Positions 27,828 to 36,909 of a stretch of 64,000 nt of DNA are shown piece by piece (the stretch's first letter is position 1; each line of letters begins with the position of its first letter). A program made the translations under genes and the position numbers. The DNA comes from Gammaproteobacteria bacterium (GTDB lineage: Bacteria > Pseudomonadota > Gammaproteobacteria > UBA1113): NCBI GenBank assembly GCA_020051155.1, contig JAGVJK010000007.1, forward strand, positions 3,636-67,635, given 5' to 3'. The notes below the pieces were generated by a model. That model saw only the letters and a program-made list of their open reading frames with translations, searched no databases and was not told where the DNA came from.

Positions 27828-28916
27828 ATGACAGCTACTACACAAGAGCAAATCAAGGGCATATTAGCAGGATACTGCGATCCAGCTCTTGGCGTAGAAA
27901 TTTTGCCGGCCACTGCTTTAAAACAGATGACACTGGAGGCAGGGGTTTTGTCTCTCGAGTTATGCCTGGGCTTTCCAGCGCAACACTACCAGGACTTGCT
28001 GCGCCAACAACTACAACAGCGTTTTTCTGCAATCCCGGGTGTGAATCAAGTGGATGTGAAGATTACCTGGGAGGTTGTTTCTCATGCTGTGCAGCGTGGG
28101 CTGAAGGGGTTATCTCAAGTTAAAAATATTATTGCCGTGGCTGCAGGCAAGGGTGGTGTGGGTAAATCCACCACGGCGGTGAATCTGGCGCTCGCTATTG
28201 CGGCGGAAGGGGCGAAGGTTGGATTGTTAGATGCTGATATTTATGGACCCAATCAACCTCATATGTTAGGTGTGGCACAACGACGTCCGGAAAGTCTCGA
28301 TGGCCAACGATTACAGCCGGTTGAGTGTCATGGCATTCAAACCATGTCCATTGGTTATTTAGTTACGGAAAAAGCACCGATGGTTTGGCGCGGCCCCATG
28401 GCCAGCGGTGCTTTGCAACAATTATTTCAAGATACTCTCTGGCAAGATCTCGATTATTTGATTGTTGATATGCCACCGGGTACGGGCGATATTCAGTTGA
28501 CACTCGCTCAAAAAGTTCCCGTCTCTGGTGCAGTGATTGTAACGACGCCGCAAGATATTGCCTTGTTAGATGTCAAAAAAGCCATCAATATGTTTAATAA
28601 AGTAGCAATTCCTACCTTAGGAGTGGTGGAAAATATGGCGGCCTTTCATTGTGAAGCCTGTGGGCATGTGACAGAGGTTTTTGGTGAAGGAGGCGCGCAA
28701 GCCCTAGCGGAGGAATTTCATATTGGCTTATTGGGCCGAGTGCCCCTGCACCGTGCGATACGTGAAGCTTGTGATAAAGGATTACCAACCATGTTGTCGG
28801 CACCAGAGAGCGAGATTGGTCAACGTTATAAAGAGATTGCGCGGCGCGTTTTAGCGACGTTATCCTTGCGTGCGCGGGATTATTCAAGTAAGTTTCCTAA
28901 CATTGTTATTAAGTGA
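27828..28916 (+). CDS. apbC: iron-sulfur cluster carrier ATPase ApbC/Mrp
   Basis: ORF track, 362 aa. Deviant Walker [11 protein letters not shown]. CxxC (CEACG). Divergent from metG, as in E. coli mrp/metG. Confidence 0.9.
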   Translation: MTATTQEQIKGILAGYCDPALGVEILPATALKQMTLEAGVLSLELCLGFPAQHYQDLLRQQLQQRFSAIPGVNQVDVKITWEVVSHAVQRGLKGLSQVKNIIAVAAGKGGVGKSTTAVNLALAIAAEGAKVGLLDADIYGPNQPHMLGVAQRRPESLDGQRLQPVECHGIQTMSIGYLVTEKAPMVWRGPMASGALQQLFQDTLWQDLDYLIVDMPPGTGDIQLTLAQKVPVSGAVIVTTPQDIALLDVKKAINMFNKVAIPTLGVVENMAAFHCEACGHVTEVFGEGGAQALAEEFHIGLLGRVPLHRAIREACDKGLPTMLSAPESEIGQRYKEIARRVLATLSLRARDYSSKFPNIVIK

Positions 28917-28926
28917 GGACATAAAA

Positions 28927-29493
28927 ATGAGCGGTATTAAATCAGATCGATGGATTGCTGAAATGGCAGAAAAGGGGATGATTGATCCCTTTGAGCCGAA
29001 GCAAGTGCGAGAAATCAATGGTCGTAAAATTATTTCTTATGGTACGTCCAGCTACGGTTATGATGTTCGTTGTGCGCGGCAATTTAAAATTTTCACCAAT
29101 ATTAATTCTGCAATTGTGGATCCTAAAAATTTTTCAGAAGCTAGCTTTGTGGATGTGGAAGCTGATGAGATTATCATTCCTCCTAACTCTTTTGCACTCA
29201 CTCATACCGTGGAATATTTCCGTATTCCTCGCGATATATTAACCATTTGTATGGGTAAATCCACCTATGCGCGATGCGGTATGATCATTAACGTGACTCC
29301 GCTGGAACCAGAGTGGGAAGGGCACGTGACCTTAGAAATTTCTAATACGACCCCGTTACCAGCAAAAGTGTATGCTAACGAAGGCATTGCACAAATGTTG
29401 TTTTTGCAGTCAGATGAAATTTGTTTAACGTCGTATAAAGATCGTGGTGGTAAGTACCAAGGTCAAAAAGGTGTGACCTTGCCGCGGACGTAG
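28927..29493 (+). CDS. dcd: dCTP deaminase
   Basis: ORF track 28870..29493. ATG at 28927 gives [24 protein letters not shown]...SYGYDVRC...[14 protein letters not shown], the 188-aa Dcd form. Confidence 0.9.
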   Translation: MSGIKSDRWIAEMAEKGMIDPFEPKQVREINGRKIISYGTSSYGYDVRCARQFKIFTNINSAIVDPKNFSEASFVDVEADEIIIPPNSFALTHTVEYFRIPRDILTICMGKSTYARCGMIINVTPLEPEWEGHVTLEISNTTPLPAKVYANEGIAQMLFLQSDEICLTSYKDRGGKYQGQKGVTLPRT

Positions 29494-29558
29494 ACGTTAA
29501 GAAATTTCCCTGATATTATCTGCCGAACATTATGAAATGGCTTGGAGAATTTTGATAA

Positions 29559-30752
29559 ATGGATTTATTTTCTAAAAAGAATTTAAGAAAAACAACAACA
29601 AAAACTCTTGTTGTAGCGATGGCAATTTTATTATCTGGCTGTTATTCCATTGGGCCACGAGAAGTTCGACTAGATCGAGGACGTTATAATGATATTGTGC
29701 GCGATACTGACAATGCACAGACGCTCAAAAACATTGTGCGCCTCGCGTATCTTGAAGCACCTGCTTATTTAGGTATATCAAATGTGACGGCTTCTTACTC
29801 TTTGAGTACCTCCGCATCGCCTAGTTCAACGTGGACATCCCCACCGTCGAACTCATGGAGCACGTCAATGGGGATCAGTCCTTCTTATTCAGATTCACCT
29901 ACGATTTCTTACGTACCTGTTGATAACAAAGAATTTGTTGAAGGATTGTTAACTCCTTTAGATTTTGGGAAGTTACAATTATTTTTTCGAGCCAGTGTGA
30001 CGAAAACAAAGTTAGTTATGCGATTGGCATTTGACCGTATTGGCACACTGGATAATGCAACGTTCTCCACCACCATCGGTGTGTCAAAGGTAACAGTGCG
30101 TCAGAAATATGAGTATCAAAAATATCTTGCTTTTGCTGAAGCCGTAGAACGTTTAATTCAAGACAAAAGGATGGCGGTTGCACTGGTTACCTATGAAGAG
30201 CGGACAGGCGCTGTACTCCAATTTCTTGACAAAGCGCCTGTAACATCAAAAGATGCTTATCTCATTAAAGATCTATTACATATTCCACAGGAATGTCAGC
30301 AAATTATTTTATTAAGTTCCGATTTGGTGCGTACAGTGAGTGAGCAAGAAGATGGGGAGCTGGTGCTCGATCAACTGAAACGCAAAAATCTTGTGTTTGT
30401 TACCTTTAGATCTATCTACGGTATCATGACCTATTTGTCGCACGGTGTGGAAATTCCAAAATCTGACATAAAAGCGCATATGGTTCGCAGAGCCATTGAT
30501 GAGAGTACGGGACAAGATTTTAATTGGAATTTGTTCCTGAATGGCGTTATGAAAGTTCATTCCAGTCGATACCTTCCTAGGAATGATATTTTTGTTGCTA
30601 CAAAGTTCCATCGGCATTGGTTCTATATCAAAGAATCTGATCATGCGTCTAAGATTGCCTTCTCCATGCTGACTCGCTTGCAGGCAGTCGTTAAAGGTGG
30701 ACAAACTGGCGGAGAGGCGGCTCCAGTTTTAACAATACCCGTGGGGCGATAA
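29559..30752 (+). CDS. hypothetical lipoprotein with Ser/Thr/Pro-rich linker
   Basis: ORF track, 397 aa. Lipobox AILLSGC. S/T-rich stretch SLSTSASPSSTWTSPPSNSWSTSMGISPSYSDSPT. No family recognised. Confidence 0.6.
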   Translation: MDLFSKKNLRKTTTKTLVVAMAILLSGCYSIGPREVRLDRGRYNDIVRDTDNAQTLKNIVRLAYLEAPAYLGISNVTASYSLSTSASPSSTWTSPPSNSWSTSMGISPSYSDSPTISYVPVDNKEFVEGLLTPLDFGKLQLFFRASVTKTKLVMRLAFDRIGTLDNATFSTTIGVSKVTVRQKYEYQKYLAFAEAVERLIQDKRMAVALVTYEERTGAVLQFLDKAPVTSKDAYLIKDLLHIPQECQQIILLSSDLVRTVSEQEDGELVLDQLKRKNLVFVTFRSIYGIMTYLSHGVEIPKSDIKAHMVRRAIDESTGQDFNWNLFLNGVMKVHSSRYLPRNDIFVATKFHRHWFYIKESDHASKIAFSMLTRLQAVVKGGQTGGEAAPVLTIPVGR

Positions 30753-30758
30753 GAACTG

Positions 30759-30931
30759 AATATACCGCTCGTCAATGAAGATGTGATTTTTTTAGCAATC
30801 AGAACGGGCGGTGTACCTGTTTATTAGATGCTGTGCCCAGAAAAACCCGGGTTTGTAATTAGGGGGAGAGCTCTTCCTTCTGCTAACTCCCCAGCCTGGA
30901 GACGCACTTTAAGATGCAAAGCATCTTAAAG
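30759..30931. repeat. composite multi-hairpin repeat, family 3, copy C (full length)
   Basis: aatataccgctcg...gcggtgta hairpin + ttattagatgctgtgcccag.aaaaacccgggtttgta + gggggagag..ctcccc + ctttaagatgcaaagcatcttaaag. Confidence 0.8.
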
Positions 30932-30956
30932 TGAAATAGCGACATTAAAACGTTAA

Positions 30957-31289
30957 TTATTCGTTGTCATCATCTAAATCGTGTTCATGACCGGCTGGAT
31001 ACTCTGGGTTACTGCTGTTGACCCATTCACGTAACTCTTTCCCCGGTTTGAAATGAGGGCTGTATTTTTCAGCGGTGATGACCCGTTCACCCGTTTTAGG
31101 GTTATGGGCATTGCGCGGTGGGCGGTGATGGAGACTAAAGCTGCCAAAACCACGAATTTCAATACGCTCACCTTTCGATAAAGCTTCTGCCATGTATTCG
31201 ATCATATCGTTTACACTCAGTGCCACATCCTTTTCTGGCAAGTGGGTTAATTTATTTGCCATGATGGCAATTAAGTCAGATTTGATCAT
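30957..31289 (-). CDS. ihfB: integration host factor subunit beta with acidic C-terminal tail
   Basis: ORF track, 110 aa. [31 protein letters not shown]...[13 protein letters not shown] is near-identical in pattern to E. coli IHF-beta. Extra tail EHDLDDDNE. Confidence 0.9.
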   Translation of the reverse strand: MIKSDLIAIMANKLTHLPEKDVALSVNDMIEYMAEALSKGERIEIRGFGSFSLHHRPPRNAHNPKTGERVITAEKYSPHFKPGKELREWVNSSNPEYPAGHEHDLDDDNE

Positions 31290-31414
31290 ATTTCAAGCCC
31301 CTTTGAGGGAAATTCTTCCAAAACCCCTAATAAAACAATGATAATAGTAGCAGCTACCTTTTGGTTTCGCACGGTAACCGCATGAATTTTTTCAATTTCA
31401 GAGTGTTTTTGTGG

Positions 31415-32008
31415 TTATTTGGTGATTAGTTGATCAGAAAATTGCTGAATAGCTTGGGGATAGAGGGTATGTTCAAGGCTATGAACGCGTTGCTTTAAGC
31501 TTTCTAAGGTATCAGATGTCAACACGGTTAATCGAGCTTGCTTAATAATTGGCCCTTGATCGAGGTCGGCAGTTACCAAGTGCACGGTACAGCCATGTTC
31601 CTTGTCACCATTGGCCAGCACCTGTTCATGGGTGTTTAAACCGGGGTACTTAGGCAATAAGGAAGGATGAATGTTTAAAATACGGCCAGCATAAGTAGCG
31701 ACAAACCCAGGGCTTAATATACGCATAAACCCCGCAAGGATGATGAGATGTGGTTGGAAAGGTTCTAATAAAGATTGGAGAGCTGCATCATAGTCTTCAC
31801 GTTGCTTGTAATTTCGATGATTAAGGACATGAGTCGGAATGTTTGCTTGTTGTGCACGCTCTAATCCATAAGCATCAGGATTATTGCTAACTACGCAGAC
31901 AATAGTGGCATTCAGAGTTCCGGCGGCAATCGCATCGATAATGGCTTGCAAGTTACTGCCATTGCCAGAGATCAAAACGGCTAAGCGGAGAGGAGCTACT
32001 CCACTCAT
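31415..32008 (-). CDS. purN: phosphoribosylglycinamide formyltransferase PurN
   Basis: ORF track, 197 aa. [21 protein letters not shown]. Overlaps the purM stop by 4 nt. Confidence 0.9.
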   Translation of the reverse strand: MSGVAPLRLAVLISGNGSNLQAIIDAIAAGTLNATIVCVVSNNPDAYGLERAQQANIPTHVLNHRNYKQREDYDAALQSLLEPFQPHLIILAGFMRILSPGFVATYAGRILNIHPSLLPKYPGLNTHEQVLANGDKEHGCTVHLVTADLDQGPIIKQARLTVLTSDTLESLKQRVHSLEHTLYPQAIQQFSDQLITK

Positions 32009-33057
32009 GATTGCATAATGACCATGGGTGTTTCCTTTGAGGAAGCTGCAATACGTCCAATAACCGTAGCCTGTTCCCCTTGTTTTTTTAACTCAGTTAA
32101 GGCAACCTCAGCATCTTCCGCTTTGACACAGATGACCATGCCGATGCCACAGTTGAAGGTACGCCACAATTCCTCTTGAGGAATGTTGCCCTGTTCCTGT
32201 AGCCAGGAGAAAATAGTGGGCATTTCCCAGCTATTAGCATCAATCTGTGCTTCGCAATAATCAGGTAATACCCGTGGAATATTTTCTAGTAAACCGCCGC
32301 CCGTGATATGAGCCATCGCTTTAATCTCGATCTGTTGTAAAAGGGCTAAGAGGGGTTTCACATAGATTTTAGTTGGAGCTAGCAATTGTTTGATGAGAGG
32401 AATGCCAGCGACTTTTTCATTGATATCAACATTGCGTACTTCAAGGATTTTTCGGATTAAAGAGTAACCATTGGAGTGTGGTCCGGAAGAGGCTAAGCCG
32501 ATAAGAACATCACCAGCAGCCACGCCAGCACCTGTGATTAATCGAGGCTTATCCACGACACCCACACAAAAACCAGCTAAATCATAGTCACCCTGATGAT
32601 ACATGCCTGGCATTTCTGCGGTTTCACCGCCGACTAGAGAGGCACCGGCTTGCTGGCAGCCCTCTGCGATGCCACGAATCACAGATTCTGCCACATCGAC
32701 ATCCAGTTGACTGGTGGCATAGTAATCAAGGAAAAATAAAGGCTCCGCACCACAGACAATCAGATCATTGACGCACATCGCCACTAGATCGATGCCAATC
32801 GTGTCATGTTTGCCGCTTGCTAGAGCGAGCTTTAATTTAGTGCCAACACCATCAGTAGCGGAGACTAACAATGGTTGTTGATAATTTTTCGTATTTAACT
32901 CAAATAATGCGGAAAAGCCGCCTAAACCGCCTAACACCTCAGGCCGTTTGGTTTTAGCAACAACCGGCTTAATACGTTCAACTAATTCATTACCTGCATC
33001 GATATCGACACCGGCTGCTTTATAAGATAAGGGTTGCTGGCTAGATGGTTTTGACAT
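32005..33057 (-). CDS. purM: phosphoribosylformylglycinamidine cyclo-ligase PurM
   Basis: ORF track, 350 aa. [28 protein letters not shown]. Confidence 0.95.
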   Translation of the reverse strand: MSKPSSQQPLSYKAAGVDIDAGNELVERIKPVVAKTKRPEVLGGLGGFSALFELNTKNYQQPLLVSATDGVGTKLKLALASGKHDTIGIDLVAMCVNDLIVCGAEPLFFLDYYATSQLDVDVAESVIRGIAEGCQQAGASLVGGETAEMPGMYHQGDYDLAGFCVGVVDKPRLITGAGVAAGDVLIGLASSGPHSNGYSLIRKILEVRNVDINEKVAGIPLIKQLLAPTKIYVKPLLALLQQIEIKAMAHITGGGLLENIPRVLPDYCEAQIDANSWEMPTIFSWLQEQGNIPQEELWRTFNCGIGMVICVKAEDAEVALTELKKQGEQATVIGRIAASSKETPMVIMQS

Positions 33058-33239
33058 TAAGATTTCCTCCGCTCGTGATGGCGCGAATTATACCAGTGTT
33101 TATGCAGGGATGAAATGGCAGGTTACTGACAAATCAATAGAAAATGGTGGCATCTTTGCTGAGCAAACGTTAATATACCGCTCGCCAATGAAAATATGAC
33201 TTTTGGTATTTGTCTTTCAGGATCTAAGTGGTGAAATAA

Positions 33240-34310
33240 ATGATAAAACTGATTTTTTGTAGCCTGGTGTTGTTATTAGGCGCATCCGTAGCCTTTGCCA
33301 TGCCGGTGAATGGTTTGTACGATGCCCGAGTCAAGGTGGCAGATCAAAGCAAAGAAGCTTACAATCAAGCGGTTATTACTGGAGCGCAACAAGTCTTAGT
33401 CAAGCTGACAGGTGATCGCGATGTGACGTTAGATGCCAATGTGTCGCAGCAATTATCAGCAGCCCCGCAATGGGTCACTTCTTTTTCCTATGAGCAAGCA
33501 CCTAGTGGCGCAGCAGAGGTCACCACAAACACGTGGGTATTAAATTTCCATTTTAATGAGCAAATGATTAACCATTTACTCAGCCAAACACAACATGCTT
33601 TATGGGAGCGCGATCGCCCGCAATTATTGCTCTGGCTTGCACAGCAAACCGGCGACGGTCAGCAATTAATCGGCAATGGTTCCGAATCAACAATGGTACA
33701 ACTGATTGGCCAAATAGGTAATAATCGTGGTTTAAGTTTGATGTTGCCCATGTTGGATATAGACGATTTGCATCAAGTGAGTGTGGAGGATGTCTGGGCA
33801 CCTTTGCCAGCCTTGGCGACGCTCATGAAAGCTTCAAAACGTTACAGCACCGATAGTTTATTAATCGGGCGTTTATATCCTGGCAACGGTAGCAACGATC
33901 CATGGCAGGGAGATTGGCTGTTGGTGATGAATGGTGAACAAGAATCTTGGCACAATACGGCAGCAACTCAAGATGACTTGGTTGCAACGGGTGTTAATCA
34001 TTTCATTGATAACATTGCTCAACAACATCGCATTAATGCTAGCGCCAATCAAGAGCGTCCTTTGCAGGTACAAGTATTTGGTGTGGCAAATGTCAGTGAT
34101 TTGAGCAAAGTAAAAGAATATTTACAAGGATTATCCCTTGTAGATAACTTAAAGGTTGCAACCTTAGGTGAAAATTATGTAACCTTTAGTTTGCAGGTTA
34201 AAGGTGATATGACGCAGTTAGTCAGTACGCTAGCAGAAGATCATCTATTAACACCTCAAACTGGCGATGCTTCTCTTTCTGGGCAATTAACTTATAAGTT
34301 GGCGGCATGA
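33240..34310 (+). CDS. DUF2066-like exported protein
   Basis: ORF track, 356 aa. Signal peptide. Divergent from purM, where many gammaproteobacteria carry a DUF2066 gene (from memory, unverified). Confidence 0.5.
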   Translation: MIKLIFCSLVLLLGASVAFAMPVNGLYDARVKVADQSKEAYNQAVITGAQQVLVKLTGDRDVTLDANVSQQLSAAPQWVTSFSYEQAPSGAAEVTTNTWVLNFHFNEQMINHLLSQTQHALWERDRPQLLLWLAQQTGDGQQLIGNGSESTMVQLIGQIGNNRGLSLMLPMLDIDDLHQVSVEDVWAPLPALATLMKASKRYSTDSLLIGRLYPGNGSNDPWQGDWLLVMNGEQESWHNTAATQDDLVATGVNHFIDNIAQQHRINASANQERPLQVQVFGVANVSDLSKVKEYLQGLSLVDNLKVATLGENYVTFSLQVKGDMTQLVSTLAEDHLLTPQTGDASLSGQLTYKLAA

Positions 34311-34858
34311 AGTCTGAAAACATTCCTAATCTGCTGACCATTATGCGGTTGTTGCTGACAGTTCCCATCGTGTATTTTTTATTTGAACGACGTTTTGAAC
34401 CGGCCTTTTATTTGTTATTGCTGGCAGGGCTCAGTGATGGCGTCGATGGTTATTTAGCCAGAGCGTATCATTGGCATAGTCGATTAGGTTCATTGTTAGA
34501 TCCTTTAGCGGACAAGATGCTGATGTTAGGTGTTTTCACTATGTTAACCTATTTGCATCAAGTGCCCGTTTGGCTACTGTCCATTGTTATCTTAAGAGAA
34601 GTGGTTCTGATGAGTGGTACGGTGGTATTGCATTGTGTGGTGGGCCCTTATGATATTGAGCCGATCATCATTAGTAAGGTGAATACCTTTCTACAAATTA
34701 TTCTGACCTTCTTACTGATTTTTAATCTTAGCTATCATTTTGTGCCAGTTGCTTGGGTCAATGGTTTAATGTATGTCGTGTTTACCACGACGCTAGTGAG
34801 CATGTTAGCTTACATGTGGATTTGGAGCCGTAGGTTATTACGACAAAGGGAAGGGTAG
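34307..34858 (+). CDS. CDP-alcohol phosphatidyltransferase family protein
   Basis: ORF track, 183 aa. Motif DGVDGYLAR...G...D.LADK. Polytopic membrane protein. Confidence 0.8.
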   Translation: MKSENIPNLLTIMRLLLTVPIVYFLFERRFEPAFYLLLLAGLSDGVDGYLARAYHWHSRLGSLLDPLADKMLMLGVFTMLTYLHQVPVWLLSIVILREVVLMSGTVVLHCVVGPYDIEPIIISKVNTFLQIILTFLLIFNLSYHFVPVAWVNGLMYVVFTTTLVSMLAYMWIWSRRLLRQREG

Positions 34859-34859
34859 T

Positions 34860-35933
34860 ATGAAAGAATCTCAACGATGGTCGTTATTTATCGGGTTAAT
34901 CGTTTTAGGCTGGCTAGTGTACTCTTTGTCTCCAGTGCTGACACCTTTTATCGTGGGTGCGTTTTTAGCGTATTTAACAGATCCATTGGTCAATCGTTTA
35001 CAATCTTGGAAGGTGCCACGAACTTTGGCCGCGATTTTAGTGTTTGTTTCCTTTGGTGCGTTGTTAGCGACGTTGATGTTGCTTATCGTGCCTATGTTGG
35101 AAGAGCAAGTTCAGCAGTTATTTATTACCATTCCAGCAGCTTTTACTCGGATAGAGGCTAGTTTATTTCCCTGGCTACATGAAAAACTCAGTATTAATCT
35201 GGTTAACGTGAATGTGGATTGGATTAAGCAAAACTTAGCGGCTCATTGGCAGCAAGCTGGGGGTGTTGCAGCGACCGTCATTAAAACGCTTTCCCATTCA
35301 GGTCGAGCAGTATTTACCTGGGTGGTGAATTTATTATTGATACCAGTGGTGATGTTTTATTTATTGCGTGATTGGGATCAATTAGGGCGTGGATTGCAAA
35401 TGTTAATTCCTCGTCGCATGTTACCTACTGTCTTAGATTTATTTTACCAATGTGACGACGTGTTGAGTGCGTTTATTCGTGGTCAATTGATGGTGATGTG
35501 CGGTTTAGGTTTTTTATATTTCTTCGGTATGTTTTTAGTAGGGCTGCGTTTAGCCTTGTTGATTGGTATGGCTGCGGGATTAATGAGTATTGTGCCTTAC
35601 CTTGGATTTATTGTCGGGATTACTGCGGCGAGTTTAGCAGCCGTAGTGCAATTCCATGATTGGTTACACGTCATTTTAATTTGGGTCGTGTTTATTATTG
35701 CTCAAACGATAGAGGCTACCACGTTGACCCCTTGGCTGTTGGGGGATCGTATTGGTTTACATCCTGTCGCGGTGATCTTTGCGGTATTAGCGGGCGGTCA
35801 GCTGTTTGGTTTTATTGGGGTGTTACTTGCCTTGCCGGTGTCAGCAGTCATTATGGTGTTTATTCGATATTTAAAACAACGTTATGTCGAAAGTAATCTT
35901 TATATGAAACAAGCAAAAAAGGAAAGTGAATAA
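34860..35933 (+). CDS. AI-2E family transporter (PerM/YhhT-like permease)
   Basis: ORF track, 357 aa. About 8 TM helices. Characteristic C-terminal GLLGVLLALP-type segment (GFIGVLLALPV). Confidence 0.75.
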   Translation: MKESQRWSLFIGLIVLGWLVYSLSPVLTPFIVGAFLAYLTDPLVNRLQSWKVPRTLAAILVFVSFGALLATLMLLIVPMLEEQVQQLFITIPAAFTRIEASLFPWLHEKLSINLVNVNVDWIKQNLAAHWQQAGGVAATVIKTLSHSGRAVFTWVVNLLLIPVVMFYLLRDWDQLGRGLQMLIPRRMLPTVLDLFYQCDDVLSAFIRGQLMVMCGLGFLYFFGMFLVGLRLALLIGMAAGLMSIVPYLGFIVGITAASLAAVVQFHDWLHVILIWVVFIIAQTIEATTLTPWLLGDRIGLHPVAVIFAVLAGGQLFGFIGVLLALPVSAVIMVFIRYLKQRYVESNLYMKQAKKESE

Positions 35934-35935
35934 TC

Positions 35936-36625
35936 ATGCAACCACCATTACCGGGTTTGCCCTTACGAGATTCTGCTACCTTTGATAGTTTTTATGAAGG
36001 GAAGAATCAACAAATTGTTACTTTTTTAAAAAGGATGCTGGCGGGGGAAGAGTCAGAACAGTTTGTTTATTTATGGGGAGAGAAGGGGGCGGGTGTGAGT
36101 CATTTGCTGCAAGCGAGTTGTCAGGACATGGCGCGACAGCAACAAACCAGTATGTACATTTCTCTTTTGAAGAAAACAGATTATTCGCCACAGCTATTTG
36201 AATCTTTAGAAATGTTTCAATTAGTTTGTTTAGATGATATTGATGATTTGGAACAAGATGTATTTTGGCAACAAGCAGTGTTTCATTTATATAATCGGTT
36301 GCGGGATAGTCAACGTAAGTTAATTGTCGCTGCGCATAAGCCGCCGCAAGAGTTGAAGGTATTGCCAGACTTACAATCTCGCTTAGCTTGGGGTTTGACT
36401 TATGAAGTGCAGTGTTTGACGGATGATGAGAAAATTAAAGCATTGCAGTTGCGTGCTAATACTCGTGGATTTGAATTAGCCCATGAGGTAGCGCAGTTTA
36501 TTTTGCGGCGTGTGCCGCGGAATATGACAGAATTATTTGCCACTTTTGATCAACTAGATGCTGCAGCAATTGCGGCACAGCGGCGGCTGACGATTCCTTT
36601 CGTTAAATCAATCTTAATGGTTTAG
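35936..36625 (+). CDS. hda: DnaA regulatory inactivator Hda
   Basis: ORF track, 229 aa. Hda-like N-terminus (LPL....TFDSFY.G.N). Walker A-like GEKGAGVSHLL, box VCLDDID. Confidence 0.85.
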   Translation: MQPPLPGLPLRDSATFDSFYEGKNQQIVTFLKRMLAGEESEQFVYLWGEKGAGVSHLLQASCQDMARQQQTSMYISLLKKTDYSPQLFESLEMFQLVCLDDIDDLEQDVFWQQAVFHLYNRLRDSQRKLIVAAHKPPQELKVLPDLQSRLAWGLTYEVQCLTDDEKIKALQLRANTRGFELAHEVAQFILRRVPRNMTELFATFDQLDAAAIAAQRRLTIPFVKSILMV

Positions 36626-36867
36626 GAATCCCTTTTAGAAGGGTTCAGCTGAGGGCCCTCTGGGTCATGGCTTCGCATGGCCAGGTAAACCGCTTATCCT
36701 GCGCTCCTCGTAAAATTGGGGTCGTCCTCATTCGCCATCCTGGCTCAAGTCGGACTCATTTTGCCTTCCTGGCAAAATGCCCCCAATTTTACTTGCGGTG
36801 CTCGGGCGGTTTACAAGGCCATGCGAAGCCATGACCCAGAGGGCTTGCGCGATCGGTGGGGGATTCC
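36625..36867. repeat. 243-bp nested palindromic element starting at the hda stop codon
   Basis: Perfect 28-bp arms gccctctgggtcatggcttcgcatggcc (36655-82) / ggccatgcgaagccatgacccagagggc (36817-44). Additional nested pairs: ggaatccc/gggattcc, gtaaaccgc/gcggtttac, gtaaaattgggg/ccccaattttac. Confidence 0.8.
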
Positions 36868-36909
36868 TTTTGTTTTTTTGTGTGTGTTGTGAGAAATAAA
36901 AAGGGGCTT

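Noticed and set aside
33161-33176. gagCAAACGTTaatat upstream of purMN resembles the E. coli PurR box (ACGCAAACGTTTGCGT).
   Set aside because: Only the left half-site and centre match and the right half is unrelated. I cannot tell whether the organism has PurR. The site also overlaps a family-3 repeat fragment.
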